A DNA stretch of 64,000 bases from assembly GCF_009914755.1 (NCBI RefSeq), contig NC_060947.1; one strand, written 5' to 3'. This document shows, in pieces, positions 49,219 through 63,054 of the stretch. Source of the stretch: the human T2T-CHM13v2.0 reference genome, Homo sapiens. The translations under genes were made by a program, and so were the position numbers. Position 1 is the first letter of the stretch, and every line of letters begins with the position of its first letter. Below the pieces are notes generated by a model that saw only the letters and a program-made list of their open reading frames with translations, did not search any database and had not been told where the DNA came from.

Positions 49219-52200
49219 CCTTCAGGTGCTCTTTTAAGGCTGGTTTGGTGGTGACAAAGTTTCTCAGTATTTGTTTGTCTTTGAAAGATTTTATTTCTCC
49301 TTCCCTTATGAAGCTTAGTTTGTTTGGATGTGAAATTTTGGTTTGAAAACGATTTTCTTTAAGAAAGTTGAATGTTTGCCCCCACTGTCTTTAGGCTTGT
49401 AGGGTTTCTGCAGATTAATCCATTATTGGTCTGTTCGGCTTCCCTTTGTAGGTAACCTGACCTTTCTTTTTGGCTGCTGTTAACATTTTTTCCTTCATTT
49501 CAATATTGGAGAATCTGGCGATTAGGTGTCTTGGGGTTGCTCTTCTTGAGGAGTATCTTAATGGTGTTTTCTGTATTTCCTGAATTTGAATGTTGGCCTG
49601 TCTTGCTAGGTTGGGAAATTTTCCTGGATAATATCCTGAAGTGTGCTGTCTAACTTGATTCCATTCTCCCCATCACCCTCAGGGACCCCAGTCGATCGTA
49701 GGTTTGTTATTTTCACATAGTCCCATATTTCTTGGAGGCTTTGTTTTTTTTTCCTTTTCACTCTTTTTTTTTTCTAAACTTGTAATCTTGCCTTATTTCA
49801 GTAAGGTGATTTTCAATCTCTGATATCCTTTCTTCCACTTGATCTATTTGGCTATTGTTACTTTTGTATGCTTCACGAAGTTCTCATGCTTTTTTTCAGC
49901 TCCATCATGTCATTTATATTCCTCTCTAAATTGGTTATTTAAGTTAGCATTTCCTGTAACCTTTTATCAAGGTTTTTAGGTTCCTTGCCTTGGGTTAGAA
50001 CATGCTCATTTAGCTCAGAGGAGTTTGTTATTACCTACATACTGAAGCCTACTTCTGTCAATTTGTCAATCTCATTCTCTATCCAGTTTTGTGCCCTCGC
50101 TGGAGAGGAGTTGCAATCATTTGGAGAAGAGGCTTTCTGGTTTTTGGAATTTTCAGTGCTTTTGTGCTGTTTTTTTTCCTCATCTTCATGTATTTATTTA
50201 CCTTTGATCTTTAAAGCTGATAACCTTGGATGGGGTTTTTGTGTGGGGTTCTTTATGTTGATGTCGATGTTGTTGCTTTCTGTTTATTAGTTTTTCTTCT
50301 AACAGTCAGGCCTCTCTTCTGCAGGTCTGCTGCGGTTGCTGGACGTCCAATCCAGACCCTGTTCTCCTGGGTATCACCAGTGGAGGCTGTAGAACAGCAA
50401 ATATTGCTGCCTGCTCCTTCCTCTGGAAGCTTTGTCCCAGAGGGGCACCAACCTGATGCCAGCTGGAGCTGTCTTGTATGAAGTGTCCTTCGACCCCTGT
50501 TGGGAGGTCTCTCCCAGTCGGATGCACAAGGTCAGGGACCCAGCTGAGGTGGCATTCGGTCCCTTGGCAGAGCTGGTGCACTGTGCTGGGAGAATCCCTC
50601 TTGTCAGGATTAGTTGTTCTCTTCAGAGCCAGCAGGCCAGAATGATGAAATCCGCTGAAGCTGCTCCCACAGCTACCCCTTCCCCCAGATGCTCTGTCCC
50701 AGGGAGATGGTAGTTTTGTCTGTAAGCACCCGACTGGGGCTGTTACCTTTCCTTCAGGGATGCCCTACCCACTGAGGAAGAATCTAGGGATTCAGTCTGG
50801 CCACAGCCACTTTGCTGTGCCCAGCCCAGACCTCCCAGCCTCCTCAGTGCTTTCAGGGGAAAACTGCCTACCAAATCCTCAGTAATGGTGAATGCCCCTC
50901 CCCCCACCAAGCTCAATTGTCCCAGGTTAACCTCAGACTGTTGTGCTGGCTGCATGAATTTCAAGCCAGTGGTTCTTAGCTTGCTGGACTCCCTGGCAGT
51001 GGGACCTGCTGAGCAACAACACTAGGCTCCCTGGCTTCAGACCCCTTTCCAGGAGAGTGAACAGTTGTGTCTCACTCAGGTTCCAGGTGTCACTGGGGTT
51101 CCAGGTGCCACTGGGATATGGCAAAAATATGCCTGCAGCTATCTCAGTGTCAAAACAGCCACCCAGTTTTGTGCTTGAAACTCAGGGCCCCGGTGGTGTA
51201 GGTACACAAGGGAATCTTCTGATCTGCAGATTGTGAAAACCATGGGAAAAGCATAGTAACCTAGCTGGGTAGCGCAGTCCTTCATAGCTTCCTTTGGCTG
51301 GGAGAGGGAGGTCCCCCAACTTCCTGTACTTCCTGGGTGAGGCAATGCCCCACCCTGCTTCTGCTCACCCTCCTGTGGGTTGGACCCACTGCCTAACCAG
51401 TCCCTACGAGATGAACTGGGTACCTCAGTTGAAAATTCAGAAATCATCCACCTTCTGCGTTGGTCTCAATGGGAGCTGCAGACCAGATCTGCTTGTATTC
51501 GGCCATCTTGGCTTCATTCCCTCAATTTTTTTTTTTTTTTTTTTTTGCTTGTCTGGGAAATATTTTATTTCTCCTTCATTTATGAAAGAGTTTGGCAGGA
51601 TATAAAATTTTTGGCTGCAGGTTTTTATTTTTTAAAGGAGTTAAAATAGCCCCCAGTCTCTTCTGAGTTTTGGGATTTTTGCAGAGAAGTCCACTCTTAG
51701 CCTGATTGGTTTTGTTTTATAGGTGCTTTGATCCTTTTCTCTACCTATCTTTAATGTTTTCTTCTTTATTATTTACTTTAGATAGTCTGATCACTATATA
51801 CCTTCATAATGTTTATTTTAAATAATATCTCACAGGTGTTCTCTGAGTTTCTTGTATGTGGATATCTTTCTAGCAAGATTAGCAAAATGTTCCTGAATTA
51901 TTTCCTCACGTATGTTTTCAAGGTTGTTTATGTTTTTCTTCCTCTCTCTTAGAAATGCCAATATGTTATAGGTTTTGTTGCTTTACATAATCCCATATTT
52001 CACAAAGACTTTGTTCCATTTTTTAAAATTATTTTTTTCTTTATTTTTGTCTGACCAGTTTAGTTTGAGAGACTGATCTTCAATCTCTGAAATTCTTTCT
52101 TCTACTTGGTCTAGTCTATTATTAAAGTGTTCAACTTTATTTTGAAATTCCTTAAGTGAATTTTTCATTTCCAGAAGTCCTGTTTGATTTTTTAAAAAAA

Positions 52201-52591
52201 TATATTTATCTCTTCCTTCATATCCTGAATTGCCCTCATATTTTCTTTTTGGTTGGTTTTCAGTCTTGTCTTGGATCTTGTGGAGCATCCTGACAATCCA
52301 CAGTTTGAATTCTTTATCTGTCATTTCTGAGTTTCCATTTTGGTTAAGGTCCATTGCTAGAAAGCTAGTTTGACTAGTGTTGATATCACAACATTCAGCT
52401 TTTTCATGGTGCCAGATTTCTTATGCCGAGTTCTTCTCATCTGGAGGTATTGTCACTTACTTTTGAAATTTATTTTTGTTCAGATGGTATTTTTCTTTCC
52501 CTATTTTTTCTTCCTCCCTCCTGAGAATGTTACTGTGTAGTATTCTGGGTAGAGTCCTTGGCTCTGCTCCTATTTCCTGTGCACTGGGGGC

Positions 52592-52948
<357 letters not shown>

Positions 52949-54374
52949 TGACCTGCTGGCCAGGGGGTAGCACTTAAGGGTAAGACACAGATGTGGCACA
53001 AGCAGATGGGTATTTCATCTCTGTTGTTTCAGGTAATGAGCTAGATCGTGGTGTTCCCTATGCCCTGAGCTTGCTTCTTAACTGTGGCTGGGGAGACACA
53101 CCTGATCTGATTTGGACCCTTTGGCTTGCCCACAAATACTCCAATGATGACCACAGGCACTAGTCTTGATAGGGGTGGCTGGGGGAACTCCTGGTACAAA
53201 CACTTAGGCCTCTGCTGGAAGTGAGGGGGATGCACTGCCTTCATGTCGTAAATAGGCAGGAACACAATCTGTTCCCTTTTCACGCCCTTGTTGTAGGGCT
53301 CATCATGTACACTTCAGATGCACGTTGTTGTCTCTCCAGGCCACAGTGTGTCTGAGAGCCAGGGAGAATGCCTCTCTTGCAACTCCCCATGGAGGTGTTT
53401 TTGAAGCAGAATATATTTACTCACTCAACCCAAATACAGACAGCTTTATGGCTCACATCTTCTTTGACATATTAGTGTTGCTGCTTCGTGGAAGGGAGAG
53501 GTCTGCCTTTCAGCCCATGTGGTGAGTGTCATTTGTGGTGGTGTAAGCTAGTTAGGTTAGTCTGACCTCAGGTGCCAGGAGGACTGGATAGGTACTAGCT
53601 GTGTTAGACTGGGCTAGGTAGCTCACCAGTCTCCAGGCCCCTAGATGGCCAATTGGATGACATTTACGAGTCCTGAAGGGGCTGGACCTGGGTTGAGCCA
53701 GCCCAGAGTTCAGTGCTGTCTATGTAATGGGGAGAGTTGGGTTGGTCCCTGGGTCACTGGCTGAACTCTCAGGCAGGTCAGGCAGACCAGTCAGGTGGTG
53801 GGAACCTGAGGGTGGATAACTGGCCTGTGGTTATTGGGCTCTCCAAGAGGCTCTGGGCTGCAGCTGAAATATTCAGTTGGGGGCAAGCCAGCCATGATGT
53901 GGACCTTTCATTGGGTAGGGCAAGTCCCCAAAGTTGGAAAAATGGAAAGTGGGAGCTGTGAGGCACGTGTTACACCCACACTTTCCTCCTACAGATGCAG
54001 TGTTGGATTTTGTTGTGGGAGGCATGCACAGGTAGGTGCCAGGCCTCCCTACTCTCTCCCTGGCCCAGAGGTGGCAGGGGCAAAGTTAGTGGCAGTGGTG
54101 GCTGCAAAATGGTTGGCAGCAATCTGTGGGATTTGGGCTATCAAAGAAATGCCAAGCCATGGCCACAGTCTTCAAGCAGGGGCAGGGGAAGGTGCACTGG
54201 TGACCTGGAGCCTGCAAACCCCATTTGGTGTGAAGCAGTATAAGTGGGGAGTTGTGTGGCATGCAGCAAACCTGTTGCTTCTTTGTACTTCAGCTGTGGT
54301 ATCTGTGCTGAAGGCTGCAGAAGTGCCTAGCTTTCCCATTTCCTCCCTAGCCCAGGGGAAGGAGGGATGGCATA

Positions 54375-55786
54375 ACTTCTGTTACTTAAACATTGGTTAT
54401 TTTGATAGCGTCCCATAATTCTCAGACCTTCTTCATTATTTTTTCTTATACTTTCTTTAACTACCTTACCTTTCCTTAAATAATTTTACTTATAACATTC
54501 CTTAACTACTTCTGAATTCATTATCAGTCATTTCATAGATCTCTATTTATTCAGGGTCCATAATTAGAGGTTTATTAGTTTATTTTGTGATTTTAAAAAA
54601 TTATTTGTAATTTTTGTGTTCTTGTTTTGGTGCCTATGTGTTTGGGTACATGGCCACCTCTTTCAGCCTTTGTAGGTGTTCTTTGGCAATGATAATCTTT
54701 CAGTATTTATTCTAACCTGGGATTTTTGGTGGACCAACTGATAGCAACCCTGGACAGCTGACCTTGCTCTTGGGTTCTCTAGCTGGGGTGAGCTGCTGCC
54801 TATAGTTTGAGGTTGAGTGGAATGGTGAGCTGTGCTTTGTAGTCTGATGAGACAACTAGCTGGGTTTTAATTTGGCAGTGCTGATGGCTATCCTTTGCAA
54901 TCACCTCTGATCAGATTGCATTGCATGCTGCCTTCCCCAGTAAAACAGTACTGCTGTTTGGAATCTGTAGTCAGTCAGGGCCATGTGCTGGTGCTCTTAG
55001 GCTCGAGGAGGTCTCTGGGGTTACTGTTCAGCCACCTGGGACAAGACACATTAGGTACTTCCTTTCACAGATATTCATGGATCAGCACTTGCCTTCTGGC
55101 CTGAGGAAGCCTTAAAGAGAATATTAAGTGTTAGTGGGATTGTCATACAGTCAGTGGGGTTGGGTGGGACCAGATGCTCTACAGTTGCCTCCAAGCCTGG
55201 AAAAGGCTCAAGGAGAGAAATGACATTACATAAGGAAGCTGGCTAGGGACTTCAGCTAAGCAAACTCATGCACTATGGTTCCTGCAGGGCAGTCCTGTTG
55301 GCTGTTTTCTATCATTTGGCACCTTCATTGACAAAAGTGAAGAGCCACTGCCAAAATCCATGTGCTCATCATTGTGAACCCCACCCTTTTTCTTTGTTTC
55401 TAACAAATCTCAGGTGCCCTAGCTCTGCTGGTACTCCCAATGTTTGTCATGGAATGAGACAAGAGTGAGCTTCCTGTAAAGCACCCCACAATGATGAGGA
55501 AGCTGGATATATGTTTACAGCTCTCTTTTCCCCTACAGAAACAAGAGCCCAGGGGAATCTTCTTTGGCACTGTTACAGCTTGAGAGAGGGTGATGCGAAA
55601 TGAAACCATTCCTCTTACCCTTTGAATGCAGCTGTTATCTGTTCTGTGGCTGGAGGGGCTATCTCCCAAATTCAGGGATATTCATGAAAGTATTCTTATC
55701 TGCGGATAGTTAGTAGTTGGATTTATGTGACGGGGACTGGAACTGCAGAACTCCTCCTATTCCGTTATCTTGCTGACATCACTCTC
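54375..55786 (-). mobile_element. Old L1M 5' region
   Basis: Ends ATCTTGCTGACATCACTCTC (old-L1 5' start, reverse complement); antisense ORF1-like T-rich segment at 54400-54620. Confidence 0.55.
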
Positions 55787-55809
55787 TTTACTTTCCTCTC
55801 AATTTACTT

Positions 55810-57058
55810 TTAATAAAGGAGGTTTCAAGACAGTTCAATGAAGAATTAATAGTCTTTTCATCAAATGGTTCTAGGACAACTGGATATCTACGTGCAAAAG
55901 AATAAAGTTGGAGCCTTTCCACACACCCACCGTATACAAAAACTAATGTAAAATAAATAGGAGACCTAAATGTAAAAGCTAAAACTCTAATATTTTTATA
56001 AGGAAACATGAGTACATCTTCATGACCTTGAGATAAAAGGTTTCCTAGATACAGCTTCAAAAGCCCAGGCAATAAAAGAAAGCATGATAAATTAGAATTT
56101 GCCAAAATTAAAAAAAAAAACTATATTTCAAAATATAACAATAAAGTAAAAAGGAAAGACACTGACCAGGGGAGAATATTTGCAAATTATATAACGCCTG
56201 GGGATTTATATTCCAAACATATGAAAAACTCTTACAACTCAATAATAAGACGATAACCCAACTTAAAATGCACAATGGATTTCAATAGATATTTCCCTAA
56301 AGAAAACATACTAATTGCCCATAAGTGCGTGAGAGAATGGTCAATATAATTACTCATTAGGGAAATGCATATTAAAATCACAAGGAGTTATCAATGCACA
56401 TTCACTAAAATAGTTATAAACCAAAAGGATAAGGGTTAATGAGCATGTGGAGTAACTGGGACCCTCATACATTTCTGGTAAGACTGTTGTCAAATTGGTG
56501 CAGACTCTTTGGAAAACAATTTGGCATTTTCTTAAAATGTTAAATGTAAATTTGTCATAAGACTCAACTATTTCATTCATCTTTATATGTATATATATGC
56601 TCAAGAAATGAAAATAAATATTCATACAAAGACATAAACAAATGTGTAATTATATTGCTGATTTTTGCAGCATAATTAGTAATAGCCAAAAGTATTAGTC
56701 CAACTGTCCAGTAACTGGTGAATAGATAATCAAAATTTGGTATATTTATTCAATGGAATAGTCTTTGTCCATAAAAGAACCATTTATATAAACCTTGAAA
56801 ACATTGTGCAGAGTGGAAGAAATCAGACAAAAAATGTTACATATTATATAATTCAATTTCTAGAAAGTGTTCAGAATAGGAAATCTATATGGATAAAAAT
56901 TTAATTACTGGATACTGGGGATTGGGGGAATAGAGAAATGGAGATTTCTAGATTGTGGTGATGCTTGCACAATTCTGTAAATTTATTAGCAATCATTAAA
57001 CTGTACATTTGAAACAGGGAATCTTATTTTATATAAATTATGCTGCAATAAAGTTTTA
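55810..57058 (+). mobile_element. L1MC/L1ME-type ORF2 end and 3'UTR
   Basis: AAATGGTTCTAGGACAACTGGATATC...TCATTAGGGAAATGCATATTAAAATCACAA...TTTGGAAAACAATTTGGCA...GCAATAAAG. Confidence 0.8.
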
Positions 57059-57269
57059 TAACAGCATGAATGAGGTAAATAATGACAAATCACAACTCTA
57101 GATTAGTGTGAAATGATATTACAAAATGTTTATAGCTTAAAAGAAAATCCATATATTTAAGAATATATTATTCTACTTTATAATTTACTCTGATTTTTCT
57201 GAAAGTGCTATGGAAAACAAATTAGAAATAACGTCATGTGAAAGAACTTTAGGCTATTATTCACACTTT

Positions 57270-57460
57270 CTGCATTCAGATCTCAATTACAGCTTTTGCT
57301 AGCCAAGTGATCTTGGATATGTTATCTAACTTCTCTATTCTTCAGTCATTTCATCAGAAAAATAGTGATAATTAATAGCTTCTATATTATGAGCTTGTTG
57401 TGATGTCAAATATTTAATACAGATAAAGTTCCTAAATATTATTAAGTCCTAAGTAGATAG
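57270..57460 (+). mobile_element. MIR relic
   Basis: GTGATCTTGGATATGTTATCTAACTTCTCT...CATCAGAAAAAT...GTTGTGA. Confidence 0.6.
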
Positions 57461-57569
57461 TAAATTATAATTATATATTTTCACCTATTTATTATTGGTA
57501 AAATAATTGAAAAAATACGGTTTCAGGAACAGGTCTTGATTTCTCACTTATTTTGTTTGTTTTCTTCAG

Positions 57570-57745
57570 GTGTCTTCAGTGCCCTGGGTTTGCCTGTGAC
57601 CCAATGCCCACTGGGACTGAATGCCAAAGGACTCCCTTTAGGCATCCAGGTTGTGGCTGGACCCTTTAATGATCATCTGACCCTGGCTGTGGCCCAGTAC
57701 TTGGAGAAAACTTTTGGGGGCTGGGTCTGTCCAGGAAAGTTTTAG
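57570..57745 (+). CDS. FAAH2: FAAH2 terminal coding exon (probably exon 11), C-terminus of amidase-signature family enzyme
   Basis: Acceptor TTTTCTTCAG|GT; encodes (G)VFSALGLPVTQCPLGLNAKGLPLGIQVVAGPFNDHLTLAVAQYLEKTFGGWVCPGKF then TAG; GLP..GLPLGIQVV is the typical amidase C-terminal motif; phase matches the previous exon. Confidence 0.96.
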
Positions 57746-58010
57746 GAGGACCTTCTGCAAGGTTAATGTGTGTGTGTGTTTGTGTTCGTGTGGTGGTGTT
57801 TCTATTAATTGGGTGAAATCAAGCACCAGCAGACAAGCAGAGAAACAACTGGGGAATTTATTGACTCATTTAGTTATTCTTTCTACTTTTATTTCCTTCT
57901 CTAACTGTTGGTCTTACTAAAATGGTAATATTTGCTTCTTGCTTTTATGTTACTGGAAAATTAGGACATGTAAATGGATAAGTGCAATAAAGTTTCCTAA
58001 ATGCTGGAAT
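57746..58010 (+). other. FAAH2: FAAH2 3'UTR (end approximate)
   Basis: Between stop codon and poly(A) signal; contains a (TG)6/GU-rich tract at 57767-57801. Confidence 0.75.
57986..57991 (+). terminator. FAAH2 polyadenylation signal AATAAA
   Basis: First AATAAA after the stop; upstream TGTA (57969) and downstream GT-rich element CGTGTCTGTTTTGGG (58011-58025). Confidence 0.85.
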
Positions 58011-58358
58011 CGTGTCTGTTTTGGGTACAGCAGGGAAATTAAAGAAGGGAATGTCCAGTGCTAATGAGGGGATCTTAAGAAACTTTAGAGAAGAGATGTT
58101 GCTGAAACTGACAAATGGAGAGTTACGTGTTTTCGAGGCAGGCCATTAAGTAAGGGAATTCCAGTTAGAAGAAGCTACAGTGAAGAAGGCAAGGACATGC
58201 TGCTGTAAGTTAGTATGGCTGGCGGGAAACTGGAGGGGGGTATGTAAGTAATGAGACCATGGTAAGGAAAGCTCTTCCAATATCCCCCAAAAATGTTTTA
58301 TAATTTTGTTCACTAAGAGATCCTAGAAGCAACAGGTCCTAGAACAACATTACACGTA

Positions 58359-58428
58359 TGATTATATATATTATATAATCATATATATGTTATATATCAT
58401 ATATCATATATATAATCATATATATAAT
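58359..58428. repeat. AT-rich (TA)n-like microsatellite
   Basis: TGATTATATATATTATATAATCATATATATG... Confidence 0.85.
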
Positions 58429-58429
58429 G

Positions 58430-58970
58430 GATTTAGAAAGTCATTGTTTTGAAACCATCAAATAATACTTAATTCATACATAGCTCATCAATGGATCCTA
58501 AAACCACTGGATAAAAGTTTGACAAACAGAATATTTTTAGTCTCAAAATATCTTTTCACTTACCACTTATTAATTTCAAGAGTGGGGAATATTACCTGTA
58601 GAGTGCAGATATATGGTAGACACCATCATAATCAAATAGCCAACATTAATCTGAGCAACAAATCTATGATGTCCCTGACAAGAATGCATCACCTGAATCT
58701 AATTGTAAGAAATAATCAGAAGAAACCAAATTTATAAACATCTTACAAAATTAAGGGCCTACATTATTCAAATATGTCAAAGAATTAATGCCAGTGACAG
58801 GCTAAGGAACTGCTCCAGAATAAAGATGAATAAAGACCCATGATAACTAAATTCAATGTGTGATCTCAAATTGGAAAAGTAAGATTTTTAAAAAAGATAG
58901 TGTTAAGACAATTGGACAAATATAAATGTAGGATGTTTTGTAGATAATGTACTGTGGCAATTTCTGAATT
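58430..58970 (+). mobile_element. L1MC/L1ME-type 3'UTR fragment
   Basis: ACCTGAATCTAATT...AATCAGA...AAATATGTCAA...CATGATAACTAAAT pattern. Confidence 0.5.
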
Positions 58971-58972
58971 TC

Positions 58973-59934
58973 ATTTTGTTTTTATTTATTTATTTTTTTG
59001 TTATACTTTAAGTTCTGGGATACATGTGCAGAATGTACAGGTTTGTCACATAGGTATACATGTGCCATGGTGGTTTGCTGCACCCACCAACCCGTCATCT
59101 ATATTAGGTATTTCTCCTAATGCTATCCCTCCCCCCACTCCCTGACAGGTCCCAGTGTGTGACATTCCTCTCCCTGTGTTCATGTGTTCTCATTGTTCAA
59201 CTCCCACTTATGAGTGAGAACATGCAGTATTGGGTTTTCTGTTCTTGTGTTAGTTTGCTGAGAATGATGGTTTCCAGCTTCATCCATGTCCCTGCAAAGG
59301 GGACGAGCTCATCCTTTTTTTATGGCTGCATAGTATTCCATAGTGTATATGTGTGTCACATTTTCTTTTTCCTGTCTATCATTGATGGGCATTTGGGTTG
59401 GTTCCAAGTCTTTGCTATTGTGAACAGTGCTGCAATAAACATACACGTGCATGTGTCTTTATAGTAGCATGATTTATAATCCTTTGGGTAAATGGCATTT
59501 CTGGTTCTAGATCCTTGAGGAATCACCAGACTGTCTTCCACAATGGTTGAGCTAATTTACACTCCCACAAACAGTGTAAAAGCATTCCTAGTTCTCCACA
59601 TCTTCTCCAGCACCTGTTGTTTCCTGACTTTTTAAAGATCGCCAAACTGGCATGAGATGGTATCTCATTGTGGTTTTGACTTGCATTTCTCTAATGACCA
59701 GTGATGATGAGATTTTTTTCATATGTTATTTGGCCGTATAAATGTCTTCTTTTAAGAAGTGTCTGTTCATATCCTTAGCCCACTTTTTGATGGGAAAGCT
59801 TTTTTCTTGTAAATTTGTTTAAGTTTTTTGTAAATTATGGATATTAGCCCTTTGTCATATGGATAGATTGCAAAAATTTTCTCACATTCTGTAGATTGCT
59901 GGTTCACTCTGTTAGTTTCTTTTGCTGTGCAGAA
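58973..59934 (-). mobile_element. L1PA7-like 3' end (~960 bp)
   Basis: TTATACTTTAAGTTCTGGGATACATGTGCAGAA...TGGTGGTTTGCTGCACCC 3'UTR; ORF2 C-terminus. Confidence 0.93.
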
Positions 59935-60317
59935 AGAGAGCACCTGGGGGAAGGGGTAGCTGTGGGTGCAGCTTCAGCAGACTTAAACCTTCCTGCCTGC
60001 TGGCTCTGAAGAAAGCTGCAGATCTCCCAGCACAGCGCTCGAGCTCTGCTAAGGGACAGACTGCCTCCTCAAGTGGGTCTCTGAACCCCATTCCTCCTGA
60101 CTGGGAGACACCTCCCAGCAGGGGTCAACAGATACCTCATACAGGAGAGCTTCAGCTGGCATCTGGCAGGTGCCCCTTGGGGACAAACTTTGCAGAGGAA
60201 GGAACAGGCAGCAATCTTTGCTGTTCTGCAACCTCCATTGGTGATACAAAGGCAACCAGGGTCTGGAGTGGACCTCCAGCAAACTCCAGCATGCCTGTAG
60301 CAGAGGAGCCTGACTGT
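59935..60317 (+). mobile_element. L1PA7-like 5'UTR fragment fused in inverted orientation
   Basis: AGAGCACCTGGGGGAAGGGG...GGTCTGGAGTGGACCTCCAGCAAACTCCAGC...CCTGACTGTT, homologous to 28176-28570. Confidence 0.9.
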
Positions 60318-61432
60318 TTTTGCATCTATATTTATTAGAAATATTGACCTGTAGTTTCCTTTTTTTAGCTTCTTTGTCTGGTTTCAGTATTGTAGTAACC
60401 TTGGCATCATAGGATGAGTTAGGAAGAATCCATCCTCCTCAATTTTTTGGAAAAGTGCAGTGTTAGTTCTTTAAAAGTTTGGAAGAACTTGGTAGTGACG
60501 CCAACTATTCCTAGAGTTTTCTATTTTGGGAGGCATCTTATTACTGATGTAATCTCATTATTCATTATTAGTCTATTCAGATTTTATGAACATATATGTG
60601 CCAAACACTGGAACACCCAGATGTATAAAGCACATATTATATGTAAGTCAAAGAAAAGATTTCAATACTCTACTAGTTGAGGACTTTAACATACTACTCT
60701 AAGAATTAAACACATAATCTAGGCAGAAATTTAAAAAAGAATAATTGGATTTAAACCGCACTTTAGACCAAAGGAACCTCATAGACATTTATGGAACTTT
60801 ATATCTAAGAACTACTGAGCATAAATTTTTTATCAGCACGTAGAACATTCTCCAGAATTTTACACTGTAGGTTAAGCCACGAAAAGATCTCAACATATTG
60901 AAAAAATTAAAATCATATAAAGTATACTATAAGACCAAATGGAATAAAACTAGAGATAAATAGCATGAGAAACATTGGAAGCCATATAAATACACGTAAA
61001 TTAATCAACAGGTTCTGAATAACCATGGGATCAACAGAGTAATTAAGATAGAAGTCAAAAAATTTGTTGAAACAAATCAAAATGGAAACACAACATACCA
61101 AAACTTGTGAGACACAGCAAGAGCAGTGCTCAGACTAAACTTTATAGCAATAAATGCCTATATTAAAAAAAAGTATAAAAGATTACAAATTAGCAATCTA
61201 ACAATGCACTGCAATGAACTAAGAAAACAAGAACACACCAAGCCCAACATTATGAGAAGAAAAGAAATAACATAGACCAGAGCAGGACTAAATTATGTAG
61301 ACAGTAAAAAAAACAGAGGATTCATAAAACAAAAAAGATGGTTGTTCAAAAAGATAAAAAAGATTGATAAAGTGCTAACTAGAGTAACCAACAAAAGAAA
61401 AGAGAATGTCCAAATAAAGAAAATGATAAATA
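60318..61432. mobile_element. Old L1 ORF2 fragments: minus 60318-60585, plus 60586-61432
   Basis: TTTGCATCTATATTTATTAG...GATGAGTTAGGAAGAAT (antisense) then ATATATGTGCCAAACACTGGAACACCCAGAT (sense EN). Confidence 0.7.
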
Positions 61433-61439
61433 AGTGGGA

Positions 61440-61562
61440 GTGCTATGCAATTCTTGCACTTCTACGAAGAAATATATGAGATGGTAATTTTTAAAGAAAA
61501 GAGGTTTAATTGGCTCATTATTCTGTAGGATTTACATGAAGCATGGTGCCAGACTCTGCTCA
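61440..61562. mobile_element. MaLR (MST-type) LTR fragment
   Basis: AAGAAAAGAGGTTTAATTGGCTCA...AAGCATGGTGCCAG..CTGCTC. Confidence 0.75.
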
Positions 61563-61564
61563 GG

Positions 61565-62160
61565 TTCCAGCAATTCTACTATTGGGTATCTACCCAAAGG
61601 AAAAAAATAATATATCAGTGGGATACCTGCATTCTCATGTTTAATGAAGCAGTATTCAAAAACACAATGATATGGAATCAACCTAAGTGTGCAGCAACAG
61701 GTGAATGAATAAAAAAGTGTACAATATATACACAATGAAATACTTTTTGGCCATTAAAAACAAACAATGAGATCATGTTATTTTCAGCAACAAGGTTGGG
61801 ACTGAAGAACGTATGAAATATGCCAGGCACAAAAACATAAATATTGCATGTTCTCACTTACATATGGGAGCTGGAAAATTTTATCACATGGAGATATAGA
61901 GTGGAAAGATAGATAACAGAGACTGAGAAGGATGATTGGGGCTGAGGGTGGAGGATAAAAAATAGTGGATTAAGATGTACAAATCATAGAAGGAATAAAT
62001 TTAATGCTTGACAGCAGAGAAGTGTAACTGTAGTTTAAAAAAAATTGTACTTGAGTGACACCCTAAATACCCTGACTCGATCACTACACATTATATACAT
62101 GTAACAAAATTTCACATGTAACTTATAAATTTTTACAAATAAAAAAATTTTAAAAATAAA
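61565..62160 (+). mobile_element. L1MA-type 3' end
   Basis: CCAGCAATTCTACTATTGGGTATCTACCCAAAGG...CCCTAAATACCCTGAC...GTAACAAAATTTCACATGTA...AAATAAAAAA. Confidence 0.8.
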
Positions 62161-62264
62161 TCTTATCAAGTATCTCCTCAGCCCACAATTGAATAAAACT
62201 AGGAATCAATAACAAGAGGAAATTTAGAAACTGTACAGAAATATGGAAATTAAGCAAAATGCTC

Positions 62265-62565
62265 ACTGGGCGTGGTGGCTCATGCCTGTAATCCCAGCAC
62301 TTTGGGAGGCCGAGGTTGGTGCATCACTTGAGGTCAGGAGTTCAAGAGCAGACTGATCAACATGGTGAAACCCCCTCTCTACTAAAAATACAAAAAAGCT
62401 AGCCGGGCATGGTGGTGGGTGACTGTAATCCCAGCTACTCAGGAGGCTGAGGCAGGAGACTCATTTGAACCCGGGAGGCAGAAGTTGCAGTGAGCCGAGA
62501 TCATGGCCACTGCACTTCAGCCTGGGTGAGGAAGCAAGACTCTGTCTCAAAATAAATAAACAAAC
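62265..62565 (+). mobile_element. AluS (Sx/Sz-like)
   Basis: Full dimer with (TAAA)(CAAA) tail; TSD AAGCAAAATGCTC / AAACAAAATGTTC. Confidence 0.94.
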
Positions 62566-62738
62566 AAACAAAATGTTCATGAATGACCATTGGGTCAAGG
62601 AAGAAATAAAGGAGAAAATGCATTTCTGGAAACAAATGAAAATCAAAATACAATGTACCAAAACCTATGGGATACAGCAAAACAGTGCTAAGAAGGAAGT
62701 TTATAGCAATAAACACCTACATCAAAAAAGTAGAAAAA

Positions 62739-63054
<316 letters not shown>

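Noticed and set aside
53834-54418. 194-aa ORF
   Set aside because: Antisense to the GC-rich 5'UTR of old L1 F, non-ATG start, no recognisable domain or exon structure.
57044-57995. 13-nt identity TGCAATAAAGTTT between an L1 3' end (57044) and the FAAH2 poly(A) signal (57983)
   Set aside because: Similarity does not extend beyond 13 nt and six bases are the constrained hexamer; probably chance.
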